A stretch of 61,595 nt of DNA, counting the filler. It is 4 parts of 4 records of this genome, joined end to end, with 100 filler letters (N's around TTAATTAATTAA, not from the genome) between each part and the next. Parts side by side here need not be neighbours in the genome. Positions count along the whole stretch, not along the records: positions 1 to 27,865 come from SRR31156797_5520; 3 more parts are not named here. One strand, 5' to 3'. The translations under genes were made by a program, and so were the position numbers. Below the pieces are notes generated by a model. The model did no database searches. It was given only the letters and a program-made list of their open reading frames with translations, and was not told where the DNA came from. Shown here in pieces: positions 9,636 through 20,070 of the stretch; the first letter of the stretch is position 1; each line of letters opens with the position of its first letter.

Positions 9636-10124
9636 TTATGATTTTCTGTGATAAGTCTCAAAACTATAGCTGAAACTCCCATTTTCCATCTCAAAGTCCG
9701 CTGATTTTTCAACAAGTTTCCAATCTTTTTCATCGATTTCGGGAAAAAATGTATCTCCTTCAAAATCCTTATTTACCCGTGTAATGTAAAGCTTGTCTGC
9801 CAACGGCATAAACTGCTTGTAAATTGAAGCGCCACCCATCACAAAACACTCTTCGTTCTGGCTGCATTTTGCAGCAGCCTCTTCGATGGAATAAACCATT
9901 TCGCACCCTTCGAAAACCTCCTCCGAATTATCCGTTATCACAATATTGGTACGTTTTGGCAATGGCCATTTGGGTAACGAAAGCAGGGTGTTCCGGCCCA
10001 TGATAACTTTGTGCCCTGCTGTGATCCGCTTAAATCGTTTCAGGTCTTCAGAAATATGCCACAGGAGTTGGTTGTCTTTTCCGATGGCACGGTTTTTTGC
10101 TACGGCTACAATGATTGAAAGCAT
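9636..10124 (-). CDS. folA: Dihydrofolate reductase
   Basis: IIVAVAKNRAIGKDNQLLW, MGRNT, MGGASIY, GDTFFP; adjacent to thyA. Confidence 0.96.
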   Translation of the reverse strand: MLSIIVAVAKNRAIGKDNQLLWHISEDLKRFKRITAGHKVIMGRNTLLSLPKWPLPKRTNIVITDNSEEVFEGCEMVYSIEEAAAKCSQNEECFVMGGASIYKQFMPLADKLYITRVNKDFEGDTFFPEIDEKDWKLVEKSADFEMENGSFSYSFETYHRKS

Positions 10125-10218
10125 GACGGAAAATGTTGTTAAGTTGTTGGTTAATAAGTTAATCGTTAATCAGGACTAATGTTCATCATTTCAAGTAATA
10201 AAAATGGATCGTCTGAAT

Positions 10219-11013
10219 TTACACAGATATCTCCCCTTTGATATGTGGGTGTGATTCATAGTTAATCAATTCAAAATCTTCGATTTTAAAATCGAAAACA
10301 TTTTTCACTTCCGGGTTGATCTTCATTTGTGGCAGGGGCAACGGATCACGGGTAAGCTGCAACTTAACCTGTTCCAGATGGTTCAGGTAGATATGGGCAT
10401 CGCCAAAAGTATGCACAAACTCTCCTGGTTTTAATCCGGTTACCTGCGCAATCATCATGGTGAGTAACGCATATGAAGCAATATTGAAAGGTACACCCAG
10501 GAAAATATCAGCGCTGCGCTGGTACATCTGGCACGACAACTTTCCGTTTGCCACATAAAACTGAAACATAATGTGGCAGGGTGGAAGTGCCATATTTTTT
10601 AAATCGCCGACATTCCAGGCATTTACCAGGTGCCGCCTTGAATTGGGATTGCTTTTAATGTTATCTATCACATCGCTGATCTGATCAATTTTAGATCCAT
10701 CAGGTGCAGGCCACGAACGCCACTGGTAGCCGTAAATATGTCCAAGATCGCCATTATCGTCTGCCCACTCATTCCAGATGCGCACCTTGTTTTCGTTCAA
10801 ATATTTGATGTTGGTATCACCCTGAAGAAACCACAACAGTTCGTGAATGATTGAACGGAGGTGTAGCTTTTTGGTGGTAAGGGCCGGGAAACCATCTTCA
10901 AGATTAAAACGCATCTGATGGCCAAACACGCTGATGGTGCCTGTTCCGGTGCGATCGGATTTTTCAATACCGTTTTTTAAAACATGGTCAAGTAAATCTA
11001 GATATTGTTTCAT
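10219..11013 (-). CDS. thyA: Thymidylate synthase
   Basis: MKQYLDLL...DRTGTGT...MALPPCH...[14 protein letters not shown]; 264 aa from ATG 11013. Confidence 0.98.
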   Translation of the reverse strand: MKQYLDLLDHVLKNGIEKSDRTGTGTISVFGHQMRFNLEDGFPALTTKKLHLRSIIHELLWFLQGDTNIKYLNENKVRIWNEWADDNGDLGHIYGYQWRSWPAPDGSKIDQISDVIDNIKSNPNSRRHLVNAWNVGDLKNMALPPCHIMFQFYVANGKLSCQMYQRSADIFLGVPFNIASYALLTMMIAQVTGLKPGEFVHTFGDAHIYLNHLEQVKLQLTRDPLPLPQMKINPEVKNVFDFKIEDFELINYESHPHIKGEISV

Positions 11014-11074
11014 GCCTGAAATAAATCTGGGATGCAAGATTTCGATCAACGCATCCGGGTTGTATATTTTCTTG

Positions 11075-12307
11075 TTAGATTTTAGCGCTCGTTTTGTTGG
11101 CAATTTGCTGAACCTGCTGCATTACACGCAAGATATTGCCTCCCCATATTTTAGCGATCTCTTCTTCGGTATAGCCGCGTTTTACCAGTTCGATGGTAAT
11201 ATTTGGCATTTCACTAACATCATAACAGCCAGATACCCCCCCACCACCATCGAAATCTGTGCCGATCCCCACATGGTCGATGCCTGCCACGTTTACAATA
11301 TGATCGATATGATCAACAACATCCTTCACAGTGGCCAGGTTTTTTGGGAATTTTTTGTTCACGGCATACCATTCTTCACGGGCCTGTTTCATCTCCTCAT
11401 CGGTCAGGTCATCAAACCCACGATATTTTTCAAGCAGGGCATTTTGAGCAGAATCGCGCTGTGGATTTGGTGGCATTTCCTTTACGTAATCGCTCAGTAT
11501 ACACACCTGGGCAACACCACCATTTTTAGCCAAAGCTTTTAGCATATCATCGGTTAAATTTCGTGGATGATCACATATAGCCCTGGATGAGGAATGCGAT
11601 GCGATGACCGGAGCATCTGATATTTCAACTACATCGTAAAAACTCTTATCAGAGATGTGCGAAACATCCACCATCATACCCGTCTGGTTCATTTCCCGAA
11701 CCACATCTCTGCCAAAATTACTCAAGCCGTCATGTTCAGTACTATCGGTTGAGGAGTCGCAGATATCATTGTTTCTGGTGTGGCAGATCGTTATGTAGCG
11801 CGCTCCACGATCGTAAAAATGCTTAACCAGCGAAATGTTACTTCCAATGGCGTATCCATTCTCGATACCCAGAAAAACAGCTCTCCTGCCACTTTGTGCA
11901 ATGCGTTCGGCATCATCTGGAGATCGGGCAATTTCAGCAAAATCTGGAGCACGTTCAATTACAGCATGTGCCGAATCGAAAATTCGTTCAGCCTTTTCTA
12001 AAGCTATTGCATTCCCTTCAGGTGTTCTATCGCGCTGGCCAAGGAATACAGCAAAAAACACAGCATCCATTCCGCCTTCTTTCATTCTGGGGAAGTCTAT
12101 CTTGCTGCCATGTTCGTGAACATCGTGCTTTTTGGTGAGATCAAACTCACCGCGTACAAACCACAACGGGGTGTCGGTATGCGAATCAACCGTCAGTATT
12201 TTTTCGTGGATTTTTTTGGCTTTTTCAACCAGATCAACAGAGCCGGGGTTTTGGTTACACGAAAAAAGCACAAGTAGTGGAAGTGATAGAAGTATAAATC
12301 TGCGCAT
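11075..12307 (-). CDS. Membrane dipeptidase (peptidase M19), lipoprotein
   Basis: LFSC lipobox; [34 protein letters not shown]. Confidence 0.92.
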   Translation of the reverse strand: MRRFILLSLPLLVLFSCNQNPGSVDLVEKAKKIHEKILTVDSHTDTPLWFVRGEFDLTKKHDVHEHGSKIDFPRMKEGGMDAVFFAVFLGQRDRTPEGNAIALEKAERIFDSAHAVIERAPDFAEIARSPDDAERIAQSGRRAVFLGIENGYAIGSNISLVKHFYDRGARYITICHTRNNDICDSSTDSTEHDGLSNFGRDVVREMNQTGMMVDVSHISDKSFYDVVEISDAPVIASHSSSRAICDHPRNLTDDMLKALAKNGGVAQVCILSDYVKEMPPNPQRDSAQNALLEKYRGFDDLTDEEMKQAREEWYAVNKKFPKNLATVKDVVDHIDHIVNVAGIDHVGIGTDFDGGGGVSGCYDVSEMPNITIELVKRGYTEEEIAKIWGGNILRVMQQVQQIANKTSAKI

Positions 12308-12325
12308 GAAAAAATAAATTTAAAA

Positions 12326-12353
12326 TGCCCGCTTTTTATCAAAAAAACGGGCA
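12326..12353. terminator. Stem-loop between the YceI gene and the dipeptidase gene
   Basis: tgcccg...cgggca inverted repeat. Confidence 0.5.
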
Positions 12354-12390
12354 CCAAAATTAGAAATATTTGAAGCTAAATTGGTTCAAA

Positions 12391-13317
12391 CTATTCAGCA
12401 GTTATGAACAATTGCAGCGTAATATTGTCGTTCACAAGGTGCATACCAAGCCTTTCAAAAAACCTGCCCGATCCGTACATTACGTTCCATTTTGTTCGGT
12501 CTATTTCGAAGGCAGCCTGTGCAAAAAATACTGCATCCGTATTCCAGCCAATAACAGCATCAAAAGTGATTGAATTTGTGAATGCCTTCATGGTGAGATC
12601 ACCGGTTATTTTGTAGTTTGGTGCGCCAGGTGAAGCTGTTTTTAACAATGTTGCATTGGTGATCTTGAATCTGGCTTCCGGAAAAACGGACGTCTCGAAA
12701 AAATCGGCGGAGAAAAGATGTTTAACCAACATTTTGTTCATCGTCCCGTCTTTGATATCCTCACAAACAATTGATTTCATGTCGATGGTAAATTCACCGC
12801 CGATGATCACGCCATCACGAACATTAATTACACCATTGTTGAGCTTCAAATAACCAAAGTGGAGGTTCCCCAGGTTGCGGCCTGTCCAGGTGATTTTACT
12901 TTTTTCGGTGTTTACGGTCAGTTTGCTTTTGTTTTGATGATGGGTTGGGTCCTCATATTCAATGCTTCCAGTTGATTCATCCGGATCAGATTTTGTTTTT
13001 TCCCAGGCTTCGATGCCGCCTTTCAACTCAAACACATTGGCGTAACCTGCAGCTTTAAGTTTTGTAAAAGCCGCTGCGGAAGCAAAAAATCCTTCCCGTT
13101 CTCCGTAAACTACTATGGGTGTAGATTTTGAAGGATTTAACGCGCTTATGTTGTCTAAAAATGCGACTTCATAAACACACGCATTTTTTGCTCCTTCGAT
13201 GTGTTTTTGAATGTAGTATTGCTCCGGAAGCACATCCACAAGCAGGAAATCCTTACCCGTTTTTTTCCATTGCCGTAATTCAAGTGCACTGAGTGTTTTT
13301 CTGGCTTTACTTATCAT
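12391..13317 (-). CDS. Rhodanese-like domain fused to YceI polyisoprenoid-binding domain
   Basis: LLVDV...HIEGAKN...LKGGIEAW rhodanese signature; SKITWTG...HFG...HLFSADFF...IDRTKW YceI signature. Confidence 0.85.
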   Translation of the reverse strand: MISKARKTLSALELRQWKKTGKDFLLVDVLPEQYYIQKHIEGAKNACVYEVAFLDNISALNPSKSTPIVVYGEREGFFASAAAFTKLKAAGYANVFELKGGIEAWEKTKSDPDESTGSIEYEDPTHHQNKSKLTVNTEKSKITWTGRNLGNLHFGYLKLNNGVINVRDGVIIGGEFTIDMKSIVCEDIKDGTMNKMLVKHLFSADFFETSVFPEARFKITNATLLKTASPGAPNYKITGDLTMKAFTNSITFDAVIGWNTDAVFFAQAAFEIDRTKWNVMYGSGRFFERLGMHLVNDNITLQLFITAE

Positions 13318-13570
13318 GGTATTGAAATTTGAATGTTGATGACGAAACAACCATAATGCGGATTAGTTTGTAATTGTTTTAAAAATGGTAGAAAATCAGG
13401 TGTTAAAAACCTTGGGATTTCAAAGGGCCCAAATGCGCTGTCTTTTTGACAAGAAAAGCATTTCAACACAGTTTTGCATATTGTGTTTACCCGAAAAATT
13501 TTTAGGTTTTGTAATACATTGTGGTGCTGGCTTGCGGAAAGGATTACTTGAAATTTTCCTCAAAAAATCG

Positions 13571-13578
13571 TATCTTTG
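13571..13578 (+). promoter_or_regulatory. Bacteroidota -7 promoter element upstream of the KamA-like/deoC pair
   Basis: TATCTTTG matches TAnnTTTG. Confidence 0.55.
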
Positions 13579-13733
13579 CACGAAAATTGATAGCCGGGGT
13601 TCTTAAGGTTCACAACCATCGCATTTTCAGTAAGTAACATTTAAGTTACACCTTGTAAGACATATTTTTGTTTCCGTACTCGGAAAGCATTTTAGCCCCG
13701 TTTTTTTCCGAACCTATAAAAAGCTATTTGACC

Positions 13734-15929
13734 ATGTTTCTCGAAGAATTATCTCTTACATCTCAAAACACCAATCGCAGGAAAATTCTCAACACTTTCC
13801 TGAATGAAAATCCTAAAGTCAAAGACATTTTCACCCATGCTTCAAACCTGGAACAAGCGATTAAAGGCCTCAAAGCATGGGTTTTTTCATTTTTAGAGGG
13901 GCGCGAACACACCATGCGGTTTTACCAGTATAAAGAACAGGGCCGGGAGGCTGGTGAAAATTTATCCTGGCGGGATGTAGCCGCAATACGCATACTGGAC
14001 TACGTTGATAATACCGGACGTAGCTTTGAAGATCTTAATTTGAACGGTAAAGAAATCACCAACAATCCATTTAAACCATTGTGGCAGGCCGTTAAACAAC
14101 CGGAAAAGCAGATTAATTCGGGTTACCTGCTGGATATGATTTATCTGTTCAGGCAATTTAATGGTAACCTTAAAAGGACAACCCCAGATAATAAGCAGAT
14201 TAATGAATGGATGGAACGCCACCCTTCAGGACTTGATGATGAAATTGTAACAATGCGCAGAGCCAATAAAAAGCGCATCTTAAAGATCATCATCCGTAAC
14301 ATTGAAGAAGGTAAAATTACCAGCGAAAAATATTCATTTAAACCGGGCATGAATGACGAAGAAAAGTTTGACCTTGCCTGTGAATGGTGGGAAACAAGTC
14401 ATTTCCATCTTAAATTTGCAATCCGTACACCTGAATTACTCAATGAAATGCTGGGGTATTCGGTGAATAAAAATACCATGCAGCTTTTCGAAGATGCACG
14501 GGCCAAAGGCATCCCGATTTTTGTTAATCCATATTATTTGTCACTGCTCAACGTGGATGAACCCGAGTTTGCAAAAGGTGCCGACCAGGCCATTCATGAT
14601 TACATTTTTGTGAGCCGCGAACTGATTGATGAGTTTGGGGAGATTGTAGCATGGGAAATGGAGGACATTGTAGAACCCGGTAAACCCAATGCCGCAGGCT
14701 GGATTTTACCATCACTTCACAACGTGCACCGTCGTTACCCTGAAGTTGCTATCCTGATTCCTGATACGGTTGGACGAGCATGTGGAGGATTGTGCGTTTC
14801 ATGCCAGCGCATGTATGATTTCCAGAGCGGGCATCTCAATTTTGACCTGGATAAACTGAAACCCAAAGAAAGATGGCCCGATAAACTGGTCAGGTTACTC
14901 AATTATTATGAAAATGATTCCCAGCTTCGGGATATCCTGATTACGGGTGGTGATGCTTTAATGAGCAGTGATCGATCCATACGTTTTATCCTGGATGAGG
15001 TTTATGAGATGGCCCTGCGAAAAATTGAAGCTAATAAAAGCAGGCCCGAAGGTGAAAAATATGCGGAGATGTTAAGGGTGCGTCTTGGAACCAGGCTGCC
15101 CGTTTATTTGCCTCAACGAATCACGGAGTCACTGACCGGGGTGCTTGCACAGTTTAAAGAAAAAGCATCAAAAATTGGTTTTAAGCAATTTGTGGTGCAA
15201 ACACACTTTGAATCTGCCATGGAAATTACGCCTGAGGTGAAGGCCGGGATTGAGAAAATACTTTCGGCAGGTTGGATTGTTACCAATCAGCAGGTGTTTA
15301 CCACAGCAGCCTCTGTACGTGGGCATACGGCCAAACTGAGGAAAGCCCTCAATGATATTGGTGTGATGACCTATTACACTTTTACCGTGAAGGGCTACCA
15401 GGAAAACAAACATAATTTTGCTACAAATGCACGGGCTGTACAGGAGCAGATAGAAGAGAAAAAGATTGGCGAAATTCCCGTGAAATACTACAATGAAATA
15501 AAGGATTTTCCGCTTGAAGCAGAAAAGATTGCGGAGAAAATTGAGTCATTACGCAAGAAGGCCGGATTACCTTTTTTGGGAACAGACAGAAATGTTTTAA
15601 ACCTGCCGGGTGTTGGCAAAAGCCTTACATTTAGAACTATTGGTATAACTGATGATGGACGCAGAATTCTTGAATTTGACCATGACGGTAATCGCCGCCA
15701 CAGTCCGATCATTGATAAAATGGGAAAGGTTGTGATCATCGAATCGAAAACGGTTCAGGAATATTTGCAACAACTTGAAGAAATTGGTGAAGATATCCAT
15801 GAATATACATCACTTTTTGGGTATTCTATGGGTGTAACAGAACCACGCATCCCAATTTATAAATATCCTGAATATGATTTTAAAGTTTCTGAACGTTTCA
15901 CAAACTTTGGAATTTCTGATGCTGATTAA
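13734..15929 (+). CDS. Long-form KamA-family (lysine 2,3-aminomutase-like) radical SAM protein
   Basis: HRRYPE...CGGLCVSCQR (CxxxCxxC), DILITGGDAL, RLGTRLPV, NQQV, LPGVGK (PLP-Lys motif); start codon uncertain. Confidence 0.85.
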   Translation: MFLEELSLTSQNTNRRKILNTFLNENPKVKDIFTHASNLEQAIKGLKAWVFSFLEGREHTMRFYQYKEQGREAGENLSWRDVAAIRILDYVDNTGRSFEDLNLNGKEITNNPFKPLWQAVKQPEKQINSGYLLDMIYLFRQFNGNLKRTTPDNKQINEWMERHPSGLDDEIVTMRRANKKRILKIIIRNIEEGKITSEKYSFKPGMNDEEKFDLACEWWETSHFHLKFAIRTPELLNEMLGYSVNKNTMQLFEDARAKGIPIFVNPYYLSLLNVDEPEFAKGADQAIHDYIFVSRELIDEFGEIVAWEMEDIVEPGKPNAAGWILPSLHNVHRRYPEVAILIPDTVGRACGGLCVSCQRMYDFQSGHLNFDLDKLKPKERWPDKLVRLLNYYENDSQLRDILITGGDALMSSDRSIRFILDEVYEMALRKIEANKSRPEGEKYAEMLRVRLGTRLPVYLPQRITESLTGVLAQFKEKASKIGFKQFVVQTHFESAMEITPEVKAGIEKILSAGWIVTNQQVFTTAASVRGHTAKLRKALNDIGVMTYYTFTVKGYQENKHNFATNARAVQEQIEEKKIGEIPVKYYNEIKDFPLEAEKIAEKIESLRKKAGLPFLGTDRNVLNLPGVGKSLTFRTIGITDDGRRILEFDHDGNRRHSPIIDKMGKVVIIESKTVQEYLQQLEEIGEDIHEYTSLFGYSMGVTEPRIPIYKYPEYDFKVSERFTNFGISDAD

Positions 15930-15961
15930 TTTACGTTACTTCAAACCACAAAACAAAAAAA

Positions 15962-16813
15962 ATGATTGAATTTGAAAATTACAATACCAAGTTTACAGAT
16001 TTATCTGAAAGGGCAGAAACCATTTCGAAAATTAAGCTCACCGATTCAGAAATGCATGACGCTTTTAAAACTATGCTTGGGTCTATCGACCTGACTTCTC
16101 TTGAAGGAAATGACACCAACGTTAAGGTGTTTTCGATATGTCAGCATGCACAAACATTTCAGGATAAAACCAAAGGAATTCCAAATGTTGCGGCCGTATG
16201 TTTTTATTCCGTGTTTACAGAGTTGGCCAGGGAACAACTCAAAGGCAGCGACATTAAGGTAGCCTCGGTTGCCGGCGGTTTTCCAAGTGGATTAATGCCA
16301 GCCGAGATCAAGGAAGCAGAGGTGAGATTTGCCGTTGAGAAAGGTGCTGACGAAGTTGATGTTGTGATTTCACGTGGTTTTATACTGGCCAATAAATGCA
16401 GGGAGGCATATGACCAGATTGTTGGAATGCGTAAGGCAGCCGGAAACGCCACCATGAAAGTTATTCTTGAGACCGGTGAACTGGAAACGGTGTTCAAGAT
16501 CAGGAGAGCAAGTGAGGTAGCCATAGATGCCGGAGCTGATTTTATTAAGACCTCAACCGGAAAAATTAAACCCGGTGCTACACCAGAGGCGGTCCTGGTT
16601 ATGCTTGATACCATCAAGGAATATTATGAAAAAACCGGAAAAATGATAGGTATTAAACCTTCTGGTGGAATTTCGGAACCTGCTGATGCACTGCAATATT
16701 ACCTGATGGTAAGAGAAGTGCTGGGTGAAAAATGGCTGAACAAAAATTATTTCAGGATTGGTGCAAGTAAACTGGCACATAAATTAGTAGCCATGCTAAA
16801 AGATCAAGGTTGA
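15962..16813 (+). CDS. deoC: Deoxyribose-phosphate aldolase
   Basis: IDLTSL, GADEVDVV, KVILETGEL, DFIKTSTG, KPSGGI, RIGAS. Confidence 0.93.
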   Translation: MIEFENYNTKFTDLSERAETISKIKLTDSEMHDAFKTMLGSIDLTSLEGNDTNVKVFSICQHAQTFQDKTKGIPNVAAVCFYSVFTELAREQLKGSDIKVASVAGGFPSGLMPAEIKEAEVRFAVEKGADEVDVVISRGFILANKCREAYDQIVGMRKAAGNATMKVILETGELETVFKIRRASEVAIDAGADFIKTSTGKIKPGATPEAVLVMLDTIKEYYEKTGKMIGIKPSGGISEPADALQYYLMVREVLGEKWLNKNYFRIGASKLAHKLVAMLKDQG

Positions 16814-16863
16814 TCAGTTAGCATCAAATAGACTGACAAATCCTTTCAGCAGAATAATATGAT

Positions 16864-16897
16864 GAAAGCCGGGAAATATTTATAAATCCCGGCTTTC
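16864..16897 (+). terminator. Stem-loop after deoC
   Basis: gaaagccggga...tcccggctttc inverted repeat. Confidence 0.6.
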
Positions 16898-17024
16898 GTG
16901 CATTCAGGGCTTTAATTTCGAGCTGAAGTATTATTTGAATCAGGGAAACATTTTTCAGGTATGTAACTTTTTTTAAATGCTCTCCGTCATAGAGTTGAAT
17001 TTAACTGATAAAAAACGGAAGATT

Positions 17025-18542
17025 ATGAAAACGATCCAATTCAGCAAACTTATCCTGGCTCTACTAATTGTGGTAGTTGTGTTTCCAACCAATATGAATG
17101 CCCAAACGGTTAAAGGCAATAAAAAAGTAATAAAGGAAAACAGGGAAATCCCAACCTTTAATAGCCTGAGCGTTGGCGGAGCATTTAATGTTTATTTCAC
17201 CCAGACTGATAAAACCTCGCTCATGGTTGAAGCCGATGAAAACCTGATGCCAAAAATCAAAACGGAAGTTACAGGCAACAAACTCAGGATTTCATCCAAC
17301 AACATTAAAAACGCTACAGTTCTTAATATTTACCTGACAAATCCGGAAATCAAGCAAATAGATGTGAGTGGGGCTGCTTCGCTGAAAAGTGAAAATACAC
17401 TCACCGGCAGGAGTTTATTCCTCAAAGCTTCAGGGGCCTCGGAAGCTACCCTTGATGTTGAGGTTGAAGAACTGGAGACAAAAGCGTCAGGAGCATCAAA
17501 CATAAACCTTTCAGGAAACGCCTTTTTCCATAAAATATCGGCAAGTGGTGCTTCAGAAGTTAAAGCCAGTAACCTGGTTACCAATAAAACCGAAGCTGAT
17601 GCCAGCGGTGCTTCGGAAATCAGGATAAATGCCACCGAAGAGGTAAAAAGTTCAAAAAGCGGTGCCGGAAGTATTTCGGTAGCCGGAAATCCCGAAACCA
17701 TTACCACCAAGGGTGATTACAAAAACTGGGATGATTTTGAAGTGGTTGACAACCGGGTGGAATCCTGGACCCGCGGGGATACAACAATTGTTGAAGTGGG
17801 TGGAATAAAAGTACAGGTTATTGATGGTGATTCAACAAAGGTTGCTGTTGGTAATCATAGCCTGGTTGTGGATGACGACGGACACGTGAAATGGAAGCGG
17901 AGCAAGAAACATAAGTTCAAAGGCCACTGGGCCGGTTTCGATATGGGTGTAAATGGTTATGTTGACAAAGATTTCAACATAGATGTGCCGGATGAATATG
18001 ATTACCTCACATTGAGATATGAAAAATCAATTGATGTTCACATTAACTTTTTTGAGCAGAACATCAATATTGCAAATAATAAATTCGGATTTGTTACCGG
18101 TTTGGGCCTGCGATGGAATAATTACCGGTTTAGCGATAACGTGATCCTCAGTCCGGATTCATCAAAAATCTATGGCTATTATGATGATACCAAACCATGG
18201 AGGAAAAGTAAGCTGGTGGCCAATTATTTAACCCTGCCCTTGTTTTTCGAGTATCAAACCAACAGATTTTCGAACAGCAGTAGTTTCCACATTTCTGCCG
18301 GTATGCTTTTTGGGTGGAGATATGCAACTCATACCAAGATGCTTTATTTCGATAATGGACGTCAAAAACCAAAGCAACATGACAGCTTTCACCTCAATCC
18401 ATTCCGGTACGATGCCATGGTTAGAGTCGGTTGGGGAGTAATCAACCTGTATGCTACATACTCCATGAATACATTGTTTAAAGATGGCCGCGGGCCTGAA
18501 CTGTATCCTTTTGCCGTTGGTATTACCTTCCTGAATTTTTAA
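17025..18542 (+). CDS. GIN/DUF2807-like beta-helix domain fused to C-terminal outer-membrane beta-barrel
   Basis: Repeated ASGAS motifs in the N-half; HWAGFDMGVNGY, SKLVANYLTLPLFFEY and a terminal Phe in the C-half. Confidence 0.75.
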   Translation: MKTIQFSKLILALLIVVVVFPTNMNAQTVKGNKKVIKENREIPTFNSLSVGGAFNVYFTQTDKTSLMVEADENLMPKIKTEVTGNKLRISSNNIKNATVLNIYLTNPEIKQIDVSGAASLKSENTLTGRSLFLKASGASEATLDVEVEELETKASGASNINLSGNAFFHKISASGASEVKASNLVTNKTEADASGASEIRINATEEVKSSKSGAGSISVAGNPETITTKGDYKNWDDFEVVDNRVESWTRGDTTIVEVGGIKVQVIDGDSTKVAVGNHSLVVDDDGHVKWKRSKKHKFKGHWAGFDMGVNGYVDKDFNIDVPDEYDYLTLRYEKSIDVHINFFEQNINIANNKFGFVTGLGLRWNNYRFSDNVILSPDSSKIYGYYDDTKPWRKSKLVANYLTLPLFFEYQTNRFSNSSSFHISAGMLFGWRYATHTKMLYFDNGRQKPKQHDSFHLNPFRYDAMVRVGWGVINLYATYSMNTLFKDGRGPELYPFAVGITFLNF

Positions 18543-18560
18543 GGAAAAACAAAATATAGC

Positions 18561-18592
18561 AAAAGCCTTCCGGATTTGGAAGGCTTTTTTTT
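18561..18592. terminator. Bidirectional intrinsic terminator
   Basis: aaaagccttcc ggattt ggaaggcttttttt between convergent genes. Confidence 0.85.
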
Positions 18593-18593
18593 A

Positions 18594-19895
18594 TCACGGA
18601 AATTTTGTTTTAAAAATTGTACTTCCGGCAAACGCCGATAAGTATAAACCACGCACCAGCAAAAATGCCGTTAAGGCCAGCCAAAGCGCATGATTGTCAA
18701 ATCTGGATTTGGTTCCAAAATACAATGCCAGGAAAACTGCAAGGGCCACAAGGATAGAGTTGCGTAAATGGTTGGATATGGTGGCACCAATATAAATGCC
18801 GTCCCAGATAAATGCTACAAATGAAATGAGTGGAATTGCAATAATCCACGGTAAATAGGGTTTTGCACCTGAAATAATATCGGTACTACTGGTCATAAGC
18901 TGCAATAAAAGGTTACTTCCAAAGAAATTTACGAGCGTAAATCCAAGACTCACAACCAACGACCATGTAAAAATCAATTTTACTGATTTTACTAAATTTC
19001 TCCTGTCACCTGCACCAATGTACCTCCCGGCCAGAGCCTCACCGGCATTGGCAAATCCATCCACAAAATAGGAGAAAAAAATGAAGAACTGGAAAAGGAT
19101 GGTGTTGATGGCCAACATCAGATCGTTAGTTGCCGCAGATTTTGCCGTGAAAAACGACATGGTGAAAATGAGAGCCAGTGTCCGGATAAAAATATCCTTG
19201 TTCACCATAAAAAACTTGCGCAGTGCTTCAAGGTTTGTCATGGCTTTTCGCTCCCATAGCTTTACCAGGTGGCCGTACTTCTTATTGAAGAAGTAAATAC
19301 TGAGTGCGAGCCCCGAATATTGGGCCACCAGCGTTCCCCAGGCCACACCGTCAGATTTCAGGTCAAGCACAAACACGAAAAACATGTTGAACCCGATATT
19401 GAGCAGGTTGATTACAATGGCAACCGTCATGGGTACCTTGGCATTTTGCATGCCTATAAACCAACCTGTGAAAGCATAAAGCGAAATGGTGGCCGGGGCA
19501 GCCCAGATCCTGATATAAAAATAACTTCGGGCGTAGTTTTCAACGGCATCGCTGCTGTTGAGAACCCAGAAGCTGAATAATTCAAGCGGCCATTGCAAAA
19601 TGATTACAAGCGTGCTTCCAAGCAATGCTGCCAGCAAACTTCTTGACAGAATAATGATCGATTCTTTATTATCCCGTTTGCCAAATGCCTGTGCGGTAAA
19701 TCCTGAAGTACCCATGCGCAGGAAGCTAAAACCCCAGTAAATGAAATTAAATATCATTCCGCCGATTGCGATTGCCCCGATGTAAACCTCATCTCCCAGC
19801 CTGCCCATGAGCGTAAGATCAACAATACCAAGCAAAGGCACGGTAATGTTACTGATGATATTGGGAATTGCCAGATTGAGAATTTTACGGTTCAT
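18594..19895 (-). CDS. MATE (DinF-like) efflux transporter
   Basis: LAIPNIISNITVPLLGIVD, FLRMGTSGFTAQAFG, about 12 hydrophobic segments. Confidence 0.9.
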   Translation of the reverse strand: MNRKILNLAIPNIISNITVPLLGIVDLTLMGRLGDEVYIGAIAIGGMIFNFIYWGFSFLRMGTSGFTAQAFGKRDNKESIIILSRSLLAALLGSTLVIILQWPLELFSFWVLNSSDAVENYARSYFYIRIWAAPATISLYAFTGWFIGMQNAKVPMTVAIVINLLNIGFNMFFVFVLDLKSDGVAWGTLVAQYSGLALSIYFFNKKYGHLVKLWERKAMTNLEALRKFFMVNKDIFIRTLALIFTMSFFTAKSAATNDLMLAINTILFQFFIFFSYFVDGFANAGEALAGRYIGAGDRRNLVKSVKLIFTWSLVVSLGFTLVNFFGSNLLLQLMTSSTDIISGAKPYLPWIIAIPLISFVAFIWDGIYIGATISNHLRNSILVALAVFLALYFGTKSRFDNHALWLALTAFLLVRGLYLSAFAGSTIFKTKFP

Positions 19896-19934
19896 CCTGC
19901 CTGATTTTGGCGCGAAAATAGGGATATTAAGCTG

Positions 19935-20001
19935 GTTGTTCGTTATCCGTTAATTGTTAATCGTATGAGGTAATCCTTTGTAACAAATAACCAAATAACT
20001 C
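19935..20001. repeat. Degenerate 7-bp tandem repeats with an inverted partner
   Basis: gttgttc gttatcc gttaatt gttaatc, followed by taacaaa taaccaaa taactc. Confidence 0.5.
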
Positions 20002-20070
20002 AAAAACCGCATCAACTACCAAGGCACTGTTTATCTAAAATCATATTTTTGCGCACCAAAAATTTTACGT

